A DNA stretch of 64,000 bases from positions 3,552,001 to 3,616,000 of the forward strand of contig OZ257156.1 in the NCBI GenBank assembly GCA_965279375.1, read 5' to 3'. The notes beneath the pieces were generated by a model that did not search any database, was not told the origin of the DNA, and worked only from the letters and a program-made list of their open reading frames with translations. Of this stretch, positions 39,137 through 49,401 are shown one piece after another (position 1 is the stretch's first letter; every line of letters begins with the position of its first letter). This stretch comes from Gemmatimonas sp. GTDB lineage: Bacteria > Gemmatimonadota > Gemmatimonadetes > Gemmatimonadales > Gemmatimonadaceae. Made by a program: the position numbers and the translations under genes.

Positions 39137-40681
39137 ATGTCAGACATGCATCTTCCCGTCGTTGCCGCCGATCCATCCGCCGCACACGAGCATGCTGAGG
39201 ATTCGACGCCCGCCGAGGCACGCGGCCACTCGCACAGCAGCTGTGGCGGGTGCAGCGGCTTCGATCGACGCGAATTTCTCTCTCGAGCCTCGCTCCTCGG
39301 GCTTGGCGCGTTGGTGACGGCGGCCTGTGGCGACGGCGTGATCGGTGGACCCGATGCTGCGTCCAACCTGCTCACCACGCCGTTCGTGGTCGACCCAAAG
39401 CAGGTGTCGTCGCTATTGCAGGTGGGTGGCCGAGCGGTCGTGACCTCGCCGAGCAGCGGATCGGTGCTGGTGGAGCATGTGTCCGCCACCGTCTACCGCG
39501 CCTTTTCGCTGTCGTGCCCGCACCAGGGGACGACACTGACCGTGCAGTCAAACGGGTTCCACTGTCCCAACCACGACGCACGGTTCTCGCCGGATGGCGT
39601 CTGGCAGAGCGGTCAGCCCACCTCCGATCTCGTTGCGGTCGCGGTGCAGCTGCAAGCCGACGGCACGCTCCTGGTCGGCGGCGTCGTCGCTGCCCCAACG
39701 CCGCCCGTGCTCGCGCTGTCCGCCACGACGATTTCCTTCACAGCCAGCACCACCGGGGCGGCCCCAGCCGCGCAGAGCGTGAACGTCACCAATAGCGGTG
39801 GCGGTGTGCTCTCCGATATCGGCGTGGCGCTGTCGTACGGCACCAACCAACCCACGGGGTGGCTGACGGTCGCGCTGAATGCCACCACGGCACCCGCGGC
39901 GATTCAGCTCACGGCCGCGCGTGGACTGCTGCCGGCGGGAACGTACACCGCGGCGCTGCGTGTCTCCGCCACCGGGGCGTCGAACGCGGCGCAGACCGTC
40001 AACGTGACGCTCGTCGTGCTCGACCCCAACGCACCGCCTGCACTGCAGCTCTCGGCGTCCGCGCTCAGCTTCTCCGCGACCCGTGGTGCCACGCCGACTG
40101 CGCAGACGGTGCAACTCCTCAATTCCGGCGGTGGCACGCTCGCAGGGTTGGCGTTCACCATTGCGTATGGCACCGGAGCGACGGCGTGGCTCTCCACCTC
40201 GCTGCTCAGCGGCAGCACCGCGCCGGCCACACTTACGGTGCGTCCCGAGACGTCCGCGCTCGCTGCAGGCACCTACACCGCCACAATCACGGTGACGGCT
40301 GCGGCCGGTCTGTCACGCACGATCACGATCTCCGTGACCGTCGTCGGGGCTGGACTGGCGGTGACTATCGCGAGCTGGCCAGCGCTCGCCACCGTGGGAG
40401 GCGCGGTGGGCAGCGTCGGTAACCTCGCCGGCGTGCCTGTCGCGGTCGTGCGCACCGGCGCCAGTACCTTCGCCGCGTACTCCATGCGCTGCCCGCATCA
40501 GGGCACGACGGTTCGGGTGCAGAACTACAACGGCACGGGTTCGACGTTCTATTGCCCGTCACACACCGCGCTCTGGAACAGCAGTGGGCAGCTCCTCTCC
40601 ACATCGCGCCAGCGCACGAGCGCGCTCCCGTCGCTGACGGTCACCTACACGCCGGGCGATACGGTCCTTTACGTCTCGTAG
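39137..40681 (+). CDS. Tat-exported lipoprotein with two Rieske [2Fe-2S] domains separated by Ig/BACON-like repeats
   Basis: RREFL plus TAAC; CPHQG...CPNH and CPHQG...CPSH; two repeats LS...SF.A..G..P.AQ.V...NSGGG.L...W L...AGTYTA. Confidence 0.85.
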   Translation: MSDMHLPVVAADPSAAHEHAEDSTPAEARGHSHSSCGGCSGFDRREFLSRASLLGLGALVTAACGDGVIGGPDAASNLLTTPFVVDPKQVSSLLQVGGRAVVTSPSSGSVLVEHVSATVYRAFSLSCPHQGTTLTVQSNGFHCPNHDARFSPDGVWQSGQPTSDLVAVAVQLQADGTLLVGGVVAAPTPPVLALSATTISFTASTTGAAPAAQSVNVTNSGGGVLSDIGVALSYGTNQPTGWLTVALNATTAPAAIQLTAARGLLPAGTYTAALRVSATGASNAAQTVNVTLVVLDPNAPPALQLSASALSFSATRGATPTAQTVQLLNSGGGTLAGLAFTIAYGTGATAWLSTSLLSGSTAPATLTVRPETSALAAGTYTATITVTAAAGLSRTITISVTVVGAGLAVTIASWPALATVGGAVGSVGNLAGVPVAVVRTGASTFAAYSMRCPHQGTTVRVQNYNGTGSTFYCPSHTALWNSSGQLLSTSRQRTSALPSLTVTYTPGDTVLYVS

Positions 40682-40813
40682 TCGACCTCTCTGCGCACTC
40701 ACCGCAGCGCCTTCGCGCGACGTGGCCAAAGCTGCGTCGCGCGAGCCGTTGTAGGGCGTGGGGGGAATGGCTACGTTTAGAGGCTGTCCGTACCCAAGCC
40801 AAGTATTGTAGCC

Positions 40814-41092
40814 ATGCCGACTTACGAGTTCCGCTGCCCCGACGGCACCATCATCGAGCGCATCTTCAAGATCTCCGAGGTCCCGGACCAGATTCCGGTG
40901 CCCGACGGAGAGGGAATGGCCACGCGCATCATCTCCGGTGGCGCCCAGCTCCTCTTCAAGGGAAGCGGCTTCTACATCACCGACTACGGGAAGGACGGGA
41001 AGAAGGATCAGCGCTCGACTGGCGGAGAGTCCAGCTCCTCCAGCGACAGCAAGCCCGCTTCGAGCCCGCCGCCGTCGTCGAAGTCCGACTGA
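40814..41092 (+). CDS. FmdB family putative regulatory protein (Cys-poor variant)
   Basis: MPTYEFRC and FKGSGFYITDY motifs, Ser-rich tail. Confidence 0.85.
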   Translation: MPTYEFRCPDGTIIERIFKISEVPDQIPVPDGEGMATRIISGGAQLLFKGSGFYITDYGKDGKKDQRSTGGESSSSSDSKPASSPPPSSKSD

Positions 41093-41126
41093 CGCGCCTC
41101 GCCATTCTTCCAACGATCCGACGCTC

Positions 41127-42779
41127 GTGAATCAGGCTGAAGCCCTGCGCGCCGAAGTCGCGCGCGCGGCGCGCACTCTCGGTGCGCCCGAAGACATTGC
41201 TCCACTCCTCGAACGTCCGCGTGATCCGTCGTTCGGCGATTGGGCCACGAACGTCGCGATGACGCTGACCAAGACGCTCGGCCGCAAGCCGCGCGACATC
41301 GCCGAAGCACTCATCGCGGCGATGGACCTGCCGAGCGTCGGCGTGACTGCTGCCGAGATCGCGGGCCCCGGATTCCTCAACTTCCGCCTCGATCCCGGCT
41401 TTCAGGCGAGCGGCCTGGTGCAGATCCTGGCCGATCCTGCCAATTGGGGACGGCAGAACATCGGACAAGGCGCGCGCGTCAACGTCGAATTCGTGTCGGC
41501 CAATCCCACCGGCCCGCTGCACGTCGGGCACGGTCGGCAGGCTGCGCTGGGCGATGCGATCAGCACGCTGCTCGAGTGGACCGGCTGGAGCGTGTCGCGC
41601 GAGTTCTACTACAACGACGCCGGCGTGCAGATCGCCAACCTCGCCAAGAGTGTGCAGGCGCGTGTACGTGCCATCGGTGGCGCGGAGTTGGCCATCCCCG
41701 AGGGCGGCTACCACGGCGAGTACATTCGCGAAATCGCCGAGCAGTACGTCGCGGCCAATCCCGCCGATGCGGCGGGCGAGGATCTGCCGGCGATGCAGGC
41801 GTTCGCGGTGGCGGCACTGCGTCACGAGCAGGATCTCGATCTGCAGGCGTTCGGCGTCAAGTTCGACACGTACTACCTCGAGAGCTCGCTCTACACCGAC
41901 GGTCGCGTGGATCGCACCGTGAGCGCGTTGCGCGAGTCGGGCCATACGTTCGAGGAGGAAGGCGCGCTGTTCCTTCGCACCACATCGTTTGGTGATGACA
42001 AGGATCGCGTGATGAAGAAGAGCGCGGCCAAGGGCGGTGACTACACGTACTTCGTGCCCGACGTCGCCTATCACGTCACCAAGTGGGAGCGCGGATTCCG
42101 TCGCGCGGTGGATGTTCAGGGCGCCGATCATCACAGCACCACGACGCGTGTGCGCGCCGGTTTGCAGGCGCTCGAGATGGGTATTCCGGCCGGCTATCCT
42201 GAGTACGTGCTGCATCAGATGGTCACGGTGATGAAGAGCGGCGAAGAGGTGAAGATCTCCAAGCGAGCCGGTTCATACGTCACGGTGCGCGACCTCATCG
42301 ACGAGGTCGGCCGCGACGCGGTGCGCTACTTCTACCTCATGCGCAAAGGCGACTCGCAGCTCGTCTTCGATATCGACCTCGCGCGCAGTCAGTCGGAGGA
42401 GAATCCCGTCTACTACGTGCAGATGGCGCATGCGCGTGTGTCGGGCATCTTCCGCGTCGGTGGCATCGACGCGGCGAGCATCACCACCGACGGTGTGGAT
42501 CTGAGCGTGCTGTCGGAGCCCGCCGAACAAGAGTTGATCAAGCAGCTGCTCGACTTCCCAACCGTCGTGCGCGGCGCCGCCGACAACCTCGAGCCGCAGC
42601 GCATCGCCACGTGGGTCTTCGAAACAGCGCGCGCGACGCACACCTGGTATCACAAGCATCATGTCCTCGGCGAGCCCGAGGCCATCACCCGTGCGCGGCT
42701 GGTGCTGGCGCGTGCAACGCAGCTCGGTCTCGCGGCCGGCCTGCGCATCCTCGGACTCTCCGCACCGGAGCGCATGTGA
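41127..42779 (+). CDS. argS: Arginine--tRNA ligase
   Basis: FGDWATN, AGPGFLN, EFVSANPTGPLHVGH, KISKRAG, ENPVYYVQMAHAR and APERM motifs. Confidence 0.96.
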   Translation: MNQAEALRAEVARAARTLGAPEDIAPLLERPRDPSFGDWATNVAMTLTKTLGRKPRDIAEALIAAMDLPSVGVTAAEIAGPGFLNFRLDPGFQASGLVQILADPANWGRQNIGQGARVNVEFVSANPTGPLHVGHGRQAALGDAISTLLEWTGWSVSREFYYNDAGVQIANLAKSVQARVRAIGGAELAIPEGGYHGEYIREIAEQYVAANPADAAGEDLPAMQAFAVAALRHEQDLDLQAFGVKFDTYYLESSLYTDGRVDRTVSALRESGHTFEEEGALFLRTTSFGDDKDRVMKKSAAKGGDYTYFVPDVAYHVTKWERGFRRAVDVQGADHHSTTTRVRAGLQALEMGIPAGYPEYVLHQMVTVMKSGEEVKISKRAGSYVTVRDLIDEVGRDAVRYFYLMRKGDSQLVFDIDLARSQSEENPVYYVQMAHARVSGIFRVGGIDAASITTDGVDLSVLSEPAEQELIKQLLDFPTVVRGAADNLEPQRIATWVFETARATHTWYHKHHVLGEPEAITRARLVLARATQLGLAAGLRILGLSAPERM

Positions 42780-43711
42780 GCATCCCTTCGCCTAGCACGG
42801 TCCTCGTTGTCGGATCGGTGGCGCTCGATTCTGTCGAAACGCCGTTCGGCCGCGCCGACGATGTCATCGGAGGGTCCGGCACTTTCTTCTCGTCCTCGGC
42901 GTCGCATTTCGCGCCGGTGCAACTGGTGGGCGTCGTCGGCGACGACTACCCTCTCGAGAAGCTGGAGCCGCTGTCCGCGCGTGGCGTCGATCTGTCGGGG
43001 CTCGAGCGCGCGACCGGGTCGAGCTTTCGCTGGCGCGGCCGCTATCGCCACGATCTCAATTCGGCGGAAACGCTGGAAACGCACCTCGGCGTGTTCTCCA
43101 ATTTCCGTCCGAAGATCCCTGAGCAGTTCCGCAACGCTCCGTTCGTCTTCCTCGCCAACATCGATCCGCGCCTGCAGCTGCAGGTACTCGAGCAGGTCGA
43201 GAAGCCGCGCCTGGTCGCGTGCGACACGATGAACTTCTGGATCGAGTCGCGTCGTCCGGAGCTCGTGGAGCTGCTCGGCCACGTGGATCTCATCACGCTG
43301 AACGATGGCGAGGCGCGCCAGCTGACCGAACAGGCCAATCTGGTGAAGGCCGCGCGGTGGATCATGGAGAAGGGCCCCAAGTACGTGATCATCAAGAAGG
43401 GCGAGAACGGCGCGTTCATGTTCACGCGCGAAAGCGTCTTCTTCGCGCCGGCGTATCCGCTGGAGTCGGTGTTCGATCCGACTGGTGCCGGCGACTCGTT
43501 CGCGGGCGGCTTTATCGGTTACCTCGCCAGCACCGGTGACCTGAGTGAGCGCAGCATGCGCCGCGCAGTGGTTGTCGGCTCGGCGATGGGCTCGTTTGCG
43601 GTGGAGAAGTTCTCCAACACGCGTCTGCTTGAAATCACGCGCGCGGAAATCGATGCACGCGTGCGCGAATTCCGCGAGCTCGTCTCCTTCGACGTGGACA
43701 TCGCGGAATGA
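42776..43711 (+). CDS. PfkB family carbohydrate/nucleoside kinase
   Basis: VVGSVALD, GGSG, DTMNFWI and DPTGAGDSFAGG motifs. Confidence 0.92.
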   Translation: MSIPSPSTVLVVGSVALDSVETPFGRADDVIGGSGTFFSSSASHFAPVQLVGVVGDDYPLEKLEPLSARGVDLSGLERATGSSFRWRGRYRHDLNSAETLETHLGVFSNFRPKIPEQFRNAPFVFLANIDPRLQLQVLEQVEKPRLVACDTMNFWIESRRPELVELLGHVDLITLNDGEARQLTEQANLVKAARWIMEKGPKYVIIKKGENGAFMFTRESVFFAPAYPLESVFDPTGAGDSFAGGFIGYLASTGDLSERSMRRAVVVGSAMGSFAVEKFSNTRLLEITRAEIDARVREFRELVSFDVDIAE

Positions 43712-44787
43712 CGCAGGAGCAGCACGCGTCGGAGCAGTCGTCGGGGCAGGGGGCCGCGCTCGACTATCGCTCGGCCGGCGTCGACATCGACGCGGCGGAG
43801 AATTCCAAGGATCGCATTGCGCGGCACGTCGCTTCCACGATGACCGCCGGCGCGCGCGGCGCGTTCGGTGGGTTTGGCGGGATGTTCAAGGTGCCCGAGG
43901 GATACTCGTCGCCACTGCTCGTCTCGAGCGCGGACGGCGTGGGCACGAAGATCCGCACCGCCGTCGAGAGCGGTCGCAACGACACGATCGGACATTGCCT
44001 CGTCAATCACTGCACGAATGACATTCTCGTGCAGGGCGCGGTGCCGCTGTTCTTTCTCGACTACGTCGCGTTCGGCAAGCTGATCCCCGAAGTCGTGGAA
44101 GCGGTTGTCGCCGGCGTGGCCGCGGGTTGCCGAGAGAATGGCGCCGCGCTCGTGGGCGGCGAGACGGCCGAGATGCCGGGCGTATACACGCCGCCGGACT
44201 ACGATCTCGCGGGGTTCATCGTCGGCGTGGTGGAAGAGTCGCGCGTGCTCGGCTCGGCACGCGTGCAGGAAGGCGATGTGCTCGTCGCATTGGCGAGCAA
44301 CGGATTGCACACCAACGGCTACTCGCTGGCGCGCCGCATTGTGGCTGAGCGGCTGCAGCTTGGGCCGCACGATCCGTTTCCCGAGGCGGGCGGTGCGACG
44401 GTGGCGGACGTGTTGCTACAGGTGCACCGCTCGTATCTCGCGTGCCTGCGTCCCGTGCTCGACCGCATTCATGCGATGGCGCACATCACGGGCGGCGGAC
44501 TGCCGGGCAATCTCAATCGTGCGCTGCCGCACACGCTCGATGCCGATGTCGACCTCACGTCGTGGACCGTTCCCTCGCTGTTTCGAGTACTGCAGGAGGC
44601 AGGCGGCGTTGCGACGCCGGAGATGTTCCGCGCCTTCAACATGGGAGTCGGCATGGTGGTGATTACGTCAGCGCAGAACGCAGATGCCATTCGCGCGCGC
44701 GCCGCAGAGTGCAGCATCGATGCGTGGATGTTGGGACGCGTAGTGCCCGGCACTGGAGTCGTGCGGTACAACGGCGAGCCTGCTTGA
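43708..44787 (+). CDS. purM: Phosphoribosylformylglycinamidine cyclo-ligase (AIR synthetase)
   Basis: YRSAGVDI, DGVGTK, PLFFLDY, GGETAEMPG, GLHTNGYSL, HITGGG and FNMGVG motifs. Confidence 0.96.
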   Translation: MTQEQHASEQSSGQGAALDYRSAGVDIDAAENSKDRIARHVASTMTAGARGAFGGFGGMFKVPEGYSSPLLVSSADGVGTKIRTAVESGRNDTIGHCLVNHCTNDILVQGAVPLFFLDYVAFGKLIPEVVEAVVAGVAAGCRENGAALVGGETAEMPGVYTPPDYDLAGFIVGVVEESRVLGSARVQEGDVLVALASNGLHTNGYSLARRIVAERLQLGPHDPFPEAGGATVADVLLQVHRSYLACLRPVLDRIHAMAHITGGGLPGNLNRALPHTLDADVDLTSWTVPSLFRVLQEAGGVATPEMFRAFNMGVGMVVITSAQNADAIRARAAECSIDAWMLGRVVPGTGVVRYNGEPA

Positions 44788-45824
44788 TGTCCGCCTCGCA
44801 CTCGCCGCGTCGCGCGTTGGGCGGTCGCGCCGCAGCCGCACTCGGCGCCGCGGTGCTGTCGGTCGTGGCGACGGTGCCCCTGCGCGCGCAATCGGGCTGC
44901 ACCGTCTCGCCGGCGAGCGCGAGTGGCGCGGCAGACGTGTGTCGGAAAGCGAACGATCTCTTTCGCTTTCTCGTGCCGCAGGTCGGCGTGGCTGTGGCGG
45001 GTGGCAATCCCATTCTGGGCGAAGGTGGCACGATGGGTGGGCCCGGTAAGCGCGCGATCTCGCTGCGTGTAGTTGGTGTCGAAGGCTACCTGCCCAAGAA
45101 CACCGTGCCGCTCAACTTGAACGGGCCCGCTGTTGCCAGCGATTTCGGAGCAACGCGCACCGTGGTGCCGCTTCCGGCGGTCGATGCAGCGATCGGTATT
45201 TCGCGGGGCATTCCGGTCGGTCTCACCAACGTTGGCGGAGTAGACCTGCTGCTTGGCGCCACGATGCTGCCGTCGGTCTCGCAGGGTGATCTGCAGGTGA
45301 AGCCAAAGGGCGCGGCGGGCGTCGCGTTCTCGTATGGCGTGCGCATCGGCGCACTGCAGGAGTCCGCGCTCTTTCCCGGCATCAGCGCCAGCTATCAGGT
45401 GCGAAAGCTGCCCAAGGTCGATTTCGGCTACACACCAGGCAACGACACGATCAGCGTGGCGGGTACGTCGGTCAAGTCGAACGCGCTTCGCGTGATTGCC
45501 AGCAAACGGCTCGCGCTGATCGGCGTGGCGGCAGGTGTTGGCCGCGACCAGATCGAGGCGAGCAGCAGCCTCAGCGCCGTCGTGAACGAGTCCACCGGTG
45601 GCGCGCCACAGCGCGCGGCCATCTCCGCGCCGCTGTTGGCGGAGAAGGTCACGCGCAACACAGCGTTCGTGAATGTCTCGCTGAGCTTCGTCGTGACGCG
45701 CTTGGTGGCGGAGTACGGCTGGAGCAGCGCTGGTGACACGCGTGCGACGCTCAATCGCTTCGGCGGCCGACAGGCGAACGAGGGCTACCGCTACGGGTCG
45801 CTCGGTCTGACGACGCGGTTCTGA
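44787..45824 (+). CDS. Hypothetical exported/outer-membrane protein
   Basis: Signal peptide, beta-strand pattern, C-terminal F; TGATG coupling to purM. Confidence 0.7.
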   Translation: MSASHSPRRALGGRAAAALGAAVLSVVATVPLRAQSGCTVSPASASGAADVCRKANDLFRFLVPQVGVAVAGGNPILGEGGTMGGPGKRAISLRVVGVEGYLPKNTVPLNLNGPAVASDFGATRTVVPLPAVDAAIGISRGIPVGLTNVGGVDLLLGATMLPSVSQGDLQVKPKGAAGVAFSYGVRIGALQESALFPGISASYQVRKLPKVDFGYTPGNDTISVAGTSVKSNALRVIASKRLALIGVAAGVGRDQIEASSSLSAVVNESTGGAPQRAAISAPLLAEKVTRNTAFVNVSLSFVVTRLVAEYGWSSAGDTRATLNRFGGRQANEGYRYGSLGLTTRF

Positions 45825-45863
45825 GCGCGTCTGCGTCAGCCCTCGGTCATCCGTGAGTCATCC

Positions 45864-47003
45864 GTGAGTCACTCGCCATCACCCGTGATGAGCACAGCCG
45901 CCGAGGCAGAAGACGCAGCAGCGTCAGGCAGCGACGTCGCATTCATGCGTCGCGCGCTCGAACTCGCTGCGCGCGGCGCTGGCCAGACCGCGCCCAACCC
46001 GAAGGTCGGTGCGGTGGTGGTCCGGGACGGACGTATCGTCGGCGAGGGGTGGCACGCACGCTACGGTACCGCGCACGCTGAGGTCATGGCGCTGGGTGCC
46101 GCCGGGACCGCAGCCAAGGGCGCGACCGTCTACGTCACCCTCGAGCCATGCGCGCATCACGGCAAGACGCCGCCGTGCACCGGCGCGCTGGTCGCTGCGG
46201 GCGTGCAACGCGTGGTGTATGCGGTGGATGATCCGAACCCCATCGCAGCCGGCGGAGCTGCGTGGCTGCGGGCGGCTGGCATCGCGGTGGAAGGCGGTGT
46301 GTTGCGAGACGAAGCCTCTGAGCTCATGGCGCCGTTTCTCTTCGCCGCGCGTGGTGCCACACGACCGTTCGTGACGCTCAAGCTGGCGCTCTCCATCGAC
46401 GGCGCCCTCGTGGGGGTGTCGGGGCGCGGTTGGCTCACAGGCCCCGAATCACGCGCCGCCGTGCACGCGCTGCGCGCGGACGCGGACGCGGTTGCGGTCG
46501 GGATCGGCACGGCGCTGGCGGACGACCCGGCGCTCACCGTGCGGGATGCTGCGACGCCTCGCGTCGCGCCGCTCCGTGTGGTCTTCGATCGCCGTGCGCG
46601 GCTCCCGTTGACGAGCGTGCTGGCAACGACGGCGCGTGAGGTCCCGGTACTGTTGCTGACGGACGGTTCGCAGCCAGCCGCCGAGGCGGCGCTGGGTGAG
46701 CGTGGGGTGGAGAGCGTGGCCGTGCCGTCGCTGGAGGAGGGGCTGCGCGCGCTGCGCATCCGTGGCGTGCAGCATCTGCTGGTGGAAGGCGGGGCAGCGC
46801 TGGCCACTGCGCTCGTGCAGGCCGGGCTCGTGGACCGACTGATTACGTTTCAGGCTCCGGTCATTCTGGGCGCCGGCGCGCTGCACCCCTTCGCGCAGCT
46901 CCCGGGGCAGGACAGCTCCACGGCGCCGCGTTGGCGTGTGGTCGCTCGTTCGTCCCAGGGAGAGGACCTGATGACCACTTTTGCTGTGCGCGCTGGAGAC
47001 TGA
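45864..47003 (+). CDS. ribD: Riboflavin biosynthesis deaminase/reductase RibD
   Basis: PNPKVGAVVV, HAE, TLEPCAHHGKTPPC, LKLALSIDG and LLVEGG motifs. Start 45864 or 45888. Confidence 0.95.
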   Translation: MSHSPSPVMSTAAEAEDAAASGSDVAFMRRALELAARGAGQTAPNPKVGAVVVRDGRIVGEGWHARYGTAHAEVMALGAAGTAAKGATVYVTLEPCAHHGKTPPCTGALVAAGVQRVVYAVDDPNPIAAGGAAWLRAAGIAVEGGVLRDEASELMAPFLFAARGATRPFVTLKLALSIDGALVGVSGRGWLTGPESRAAVHALRADADAVAVGIGTALADDPALTVRDAATPRVAPLRVVFDRRARLPLTSVLATTAREVPVLLLTDGSQPAAEAALGERGVESVAVPSLEEGLRALRIRGVQHLLVEGGAALATALVQAGLVDRLITFQAPVILGAGALHPFAQLPGQDSSTAPRWRVVARSSQGEDLMTTFAVRAGD

Positions 47004-47009
47004 CAAGCG

Positions 47010-47654
47010 ATGTTCACTGGGCTGGTTGACGACGTCGGCACGATCGTTCACGTCGCGGAAACCGCGGCGGGGCGCGAGCTGCGTGTGCACTGCAGCTATC
47101 GCGACCTGGCCGATGGCGAGAGCATCGCGGTGAACGGCGCCTGCCTGACGGTGCGTGAACACGGCCTGACACCCGACGGGCAAGGGTGGTTCACGGTTGC
47201 GGCGGTCATCACCACGCTCGGCCGCACCACCATGGCCACGTGGCACGTCGGGCAGCGCGTCAATCTCGAACGCGCGATGCGTCTGGGCGACCGCTTGGGC
47301 GGGCATCTCGTGCTCGGGCACGTGGATGATCTCGGTGTGGTGTCGCGCACAGAGATGCAGGGCGACGCATGGCTGGTGGACGTCACACTGCCGGCCGCGC
47401 TGCGTCCGTTGATGGTGGCGCACGGCTCGATCACGGTGAACGGCGTCAGCCTGACCGTGAACGAGTTGCTGGAGGACGGCGTTCAGCTGTCGATCATCGA
47501 ATACACAAAGCGGCACACGACGCTCGGCGATCTCGTTGCCGGCGATCGGGTGCACGTTGAAGCGGATGTGCTGGCCAAGCACGTCGAGCGGCTTCTCGCG
47601 CCTCAGCTCGCGCAGCAGTCTGCGCGGGTGAGCGCCACGGCGGGGGCGGCATGA
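47010..47654 (+). CDS. ribE: Riboflavin synthase
   Basis: [32 protein letters not shown] and [12 protein letters not shown] motifs (called ribC in some nomenclatures). Confidence 0.95.
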   Translation: MFTGLVDDVGTIVHVAETAAGRELRVHCSYRDLADGESIAVNGACLTVREHGLTPDGQGWFTVAAVITTLGRTTMATWHVGQRVNLERAMRLGDRLGGHLVLGHVDDLGVVSRTEMQGDAWLVDVTLPAALRPLMVAHGSITVNGVSLTVNELLEDGVQLSIIEYTKRHTTLGDLVAGDRVHVEADVLAKHVERLLAPQLAQQSARVSATAGAA

Positions 47655-48886
47655 CGGATTCGTCTGCACTCAAGGAGCAGGACATGACGTTCGGAACGGT
47701 GCAGCAAGCCCTCGCCGATATCGCGGCGGGGAAGTTCGTGGTGGTGGCTGACGACGAGGATCGCGAGAACGAAGGCGATCTCGTCTGCGCGGCGGAAAAG
47801 GTCACGCCGGAGATGGTCAACTTCATGCTCGACGCGAAGGGGATGATCTGCCTCGCGATGACGAACGCATGGGCCGATCATCTCGAGCTCGCGCCGCAGG
47901 TGGACAAGAACACCGAGTCGATGCACACCGCGTTTACCGTGAGCATCGATGCGGCGGCCAAGTACGGCGTCAGCACCGGCATCAGTGCGAGTGATCGCGC
48001 CACGACCATTCGCGTCGCGGTCGATCCGTCGTCGTCGCGCAGTGATCTGCGTTTGCCGGGGCACATCCATCCGCTCCGCGCACGTGACGGTGGCGTCCTG
48101 CAGCGCGTGGGGCACACCGAGGCGGCCGTCGATCTCGCGCGTCTGGCTGGACTGCGTCCGGCCGGCGTGATCTGCGAAATACTCAATCGCGATGGCACGA
48201 CCTCTCGCCGTCCGCAGTTGGAAGTGTTCGCCAAAGAGCACGGCCTCACCTTCATCACCATCGCGCAGCTCGTGGCGTATCGCCTGCAGCACGAGCGGCT
48301 GGTGCATCGTGTTGCCGATGCGCGTCTCCCGACCGAGTTCGGTGAGTGGCGCATCGTCGGCTATCGCAACGACGTGGACACGCGCGAGCACATCGCGATC
48401 GTGTACGGAGACATCACCGACGGTGACGGCGCGTTGGTGCGAATGCACTCCAAGTGCCTTACGGGCGACGTTTTCCATTCGCGCCGCTGCGACTGCGGAT
48501 GGCAGCTGGAAACAGCGATGCGCATGATCCAGGCAGAAGGGAAGGGCGTCATCGTCTATCTCGATCAGGAAGGACGCGGCATCGGCCTCATCAACAAGCT
48601 CCGCGCCTACGAGCTGCAGGACAAAGGCGCCGACACCGTCGAAGCCAACGAGCAACTCGGCTTCAAGGATGACCTGCGCAATTACGGAATTGGCGCGCAG
48701 ATTCTGCTCGACCTTGGCGCACGCTCCATTCGCGTGCTGACCAACAATCCCCGCAAGCTCGTCGGGCTCGACGGGTACGGTCTCGTCCTCAAGGATCGCG
48801 TGCGCCTCGAAGCGCCGTCGACCGAAGAGAACGCAACCTACCTCGAGACCAAGCGCACGAAGCTCGGCCACCTTTTCGCAATCTGA
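47651..48886 (+). CDS. ribBA: Bifunctional DHBP synthase / GTP cyclohydrolase II
   Basis: [32 protein letters not shown] and LTNNP motifs. Confidence 0.95.
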   Translation: MTDSSALKEQDMTFGTVQQALADIAAGKFVVVADDEDRENEGDLVCAAEKVTPEMVNFMLDAKGMICLAMTNAWADHLELAPQVDKNTESMHTAFTVSIDAAAKYGVSTGISASDRATTIRVAVDPSSSRSDLRLPGHIHPLRARDGGVLQRVGHTEAAVDLARLAGLRPAGVICEILNRDGTTSRRPQLEVFAKEHGLTFITIAQLVAYRLQHERLVHRVADARLPTEFGEWRIVGYRNDVDTREHIAIVYGDITDGDGALVRMHSKCLTGDVFHSRRCDCGWQLETAMRMIQAEGKGVIVYLDQEGRGIGLINKLRAYELQDKGADTVEANEQLGFKDDLRNYGIGAQILLDLGARSIRVLTNNPRKLVGLDGYGLVLKDRVRLEAPSTEENATYLETKRTKLGHLFAI

Positions 48887-48897
48887 GTTCGCAACCG

Positions 48898-49401
48898 ATG
48901 GCCGAGTTCATGGGAAATCCGCGCGGTGAAGGACGCCGCATTGTGATCGTCGCCGCTCGCTTCAACGAGTCCGTTACGATGCCGCTGGCCGAAGGGGCCG
49001 TCGGCGCGCTGGTGGAGAAGGGCGTGCTGTTCGACGACATCGACGTGTTGTGGGTGCCGGGCGCGTGGGAGCTGCCGATTGCGGCGCGTCGCGCGCTGGG
49101 CACGGAACGCTACGATGCGTGCATCGCCGTCGGTGCGGTCATTCGCGGTGAGACGCCGCACTTTGACTTTGTGGCGGGCGAGTGCGCGCGCGGGTTGATG
49201 GATGTGTCGCGCGATTTCGATGTCCCCGTCACGTTGGGGCTGCTGACCACGGACACACTGGCTCAGGCGGAAGCCCGCGCCGGCGGGGCGCATGGCAACA
49301 AGGGCGCTGACGCCGCGCTCGCCGCGATCGAACTGCTCGATCTATTCGATCAGGTACTGCCGGACGATTCGATGGACGACCTCGACGGGATCGACGCGTG
49401 A
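48898..49401 (+). CDS. ribH: 6,7-dimethyl-8-ribityllumazine synthase
   Basis: ARFN, VPGAWELP, IRGETPHFD and NKG motifs. Confidence 0.95.
   Translation: MAEFMGNPRGEGRRIVIVAARFNESVTMPLAEGAVGALVEKGVLFDDIDVLWVPGAWELPIAARRALGTERYDACIAVGAVIRGETPHFDFVAGECARGLMDVSRDFDVPVTLGLLTTDTLAQAEARAGGAHGNKGADAALAAIELLDLFDQVLPDDSMDDLDGIDA

Noticed and set aside
45825..45863. FMN riboswitch before the rib genes
   Set aside because: Gap is under 65 nt and lacks RFN motifs.
48440..48460. HSKC instead of HSEC in GTP cyclohydrolase II
   Set aside because: This position varies among homologs as far as I recall. The three Zn cysteines and other motifs are intact, so there is no evidence of inactivation.
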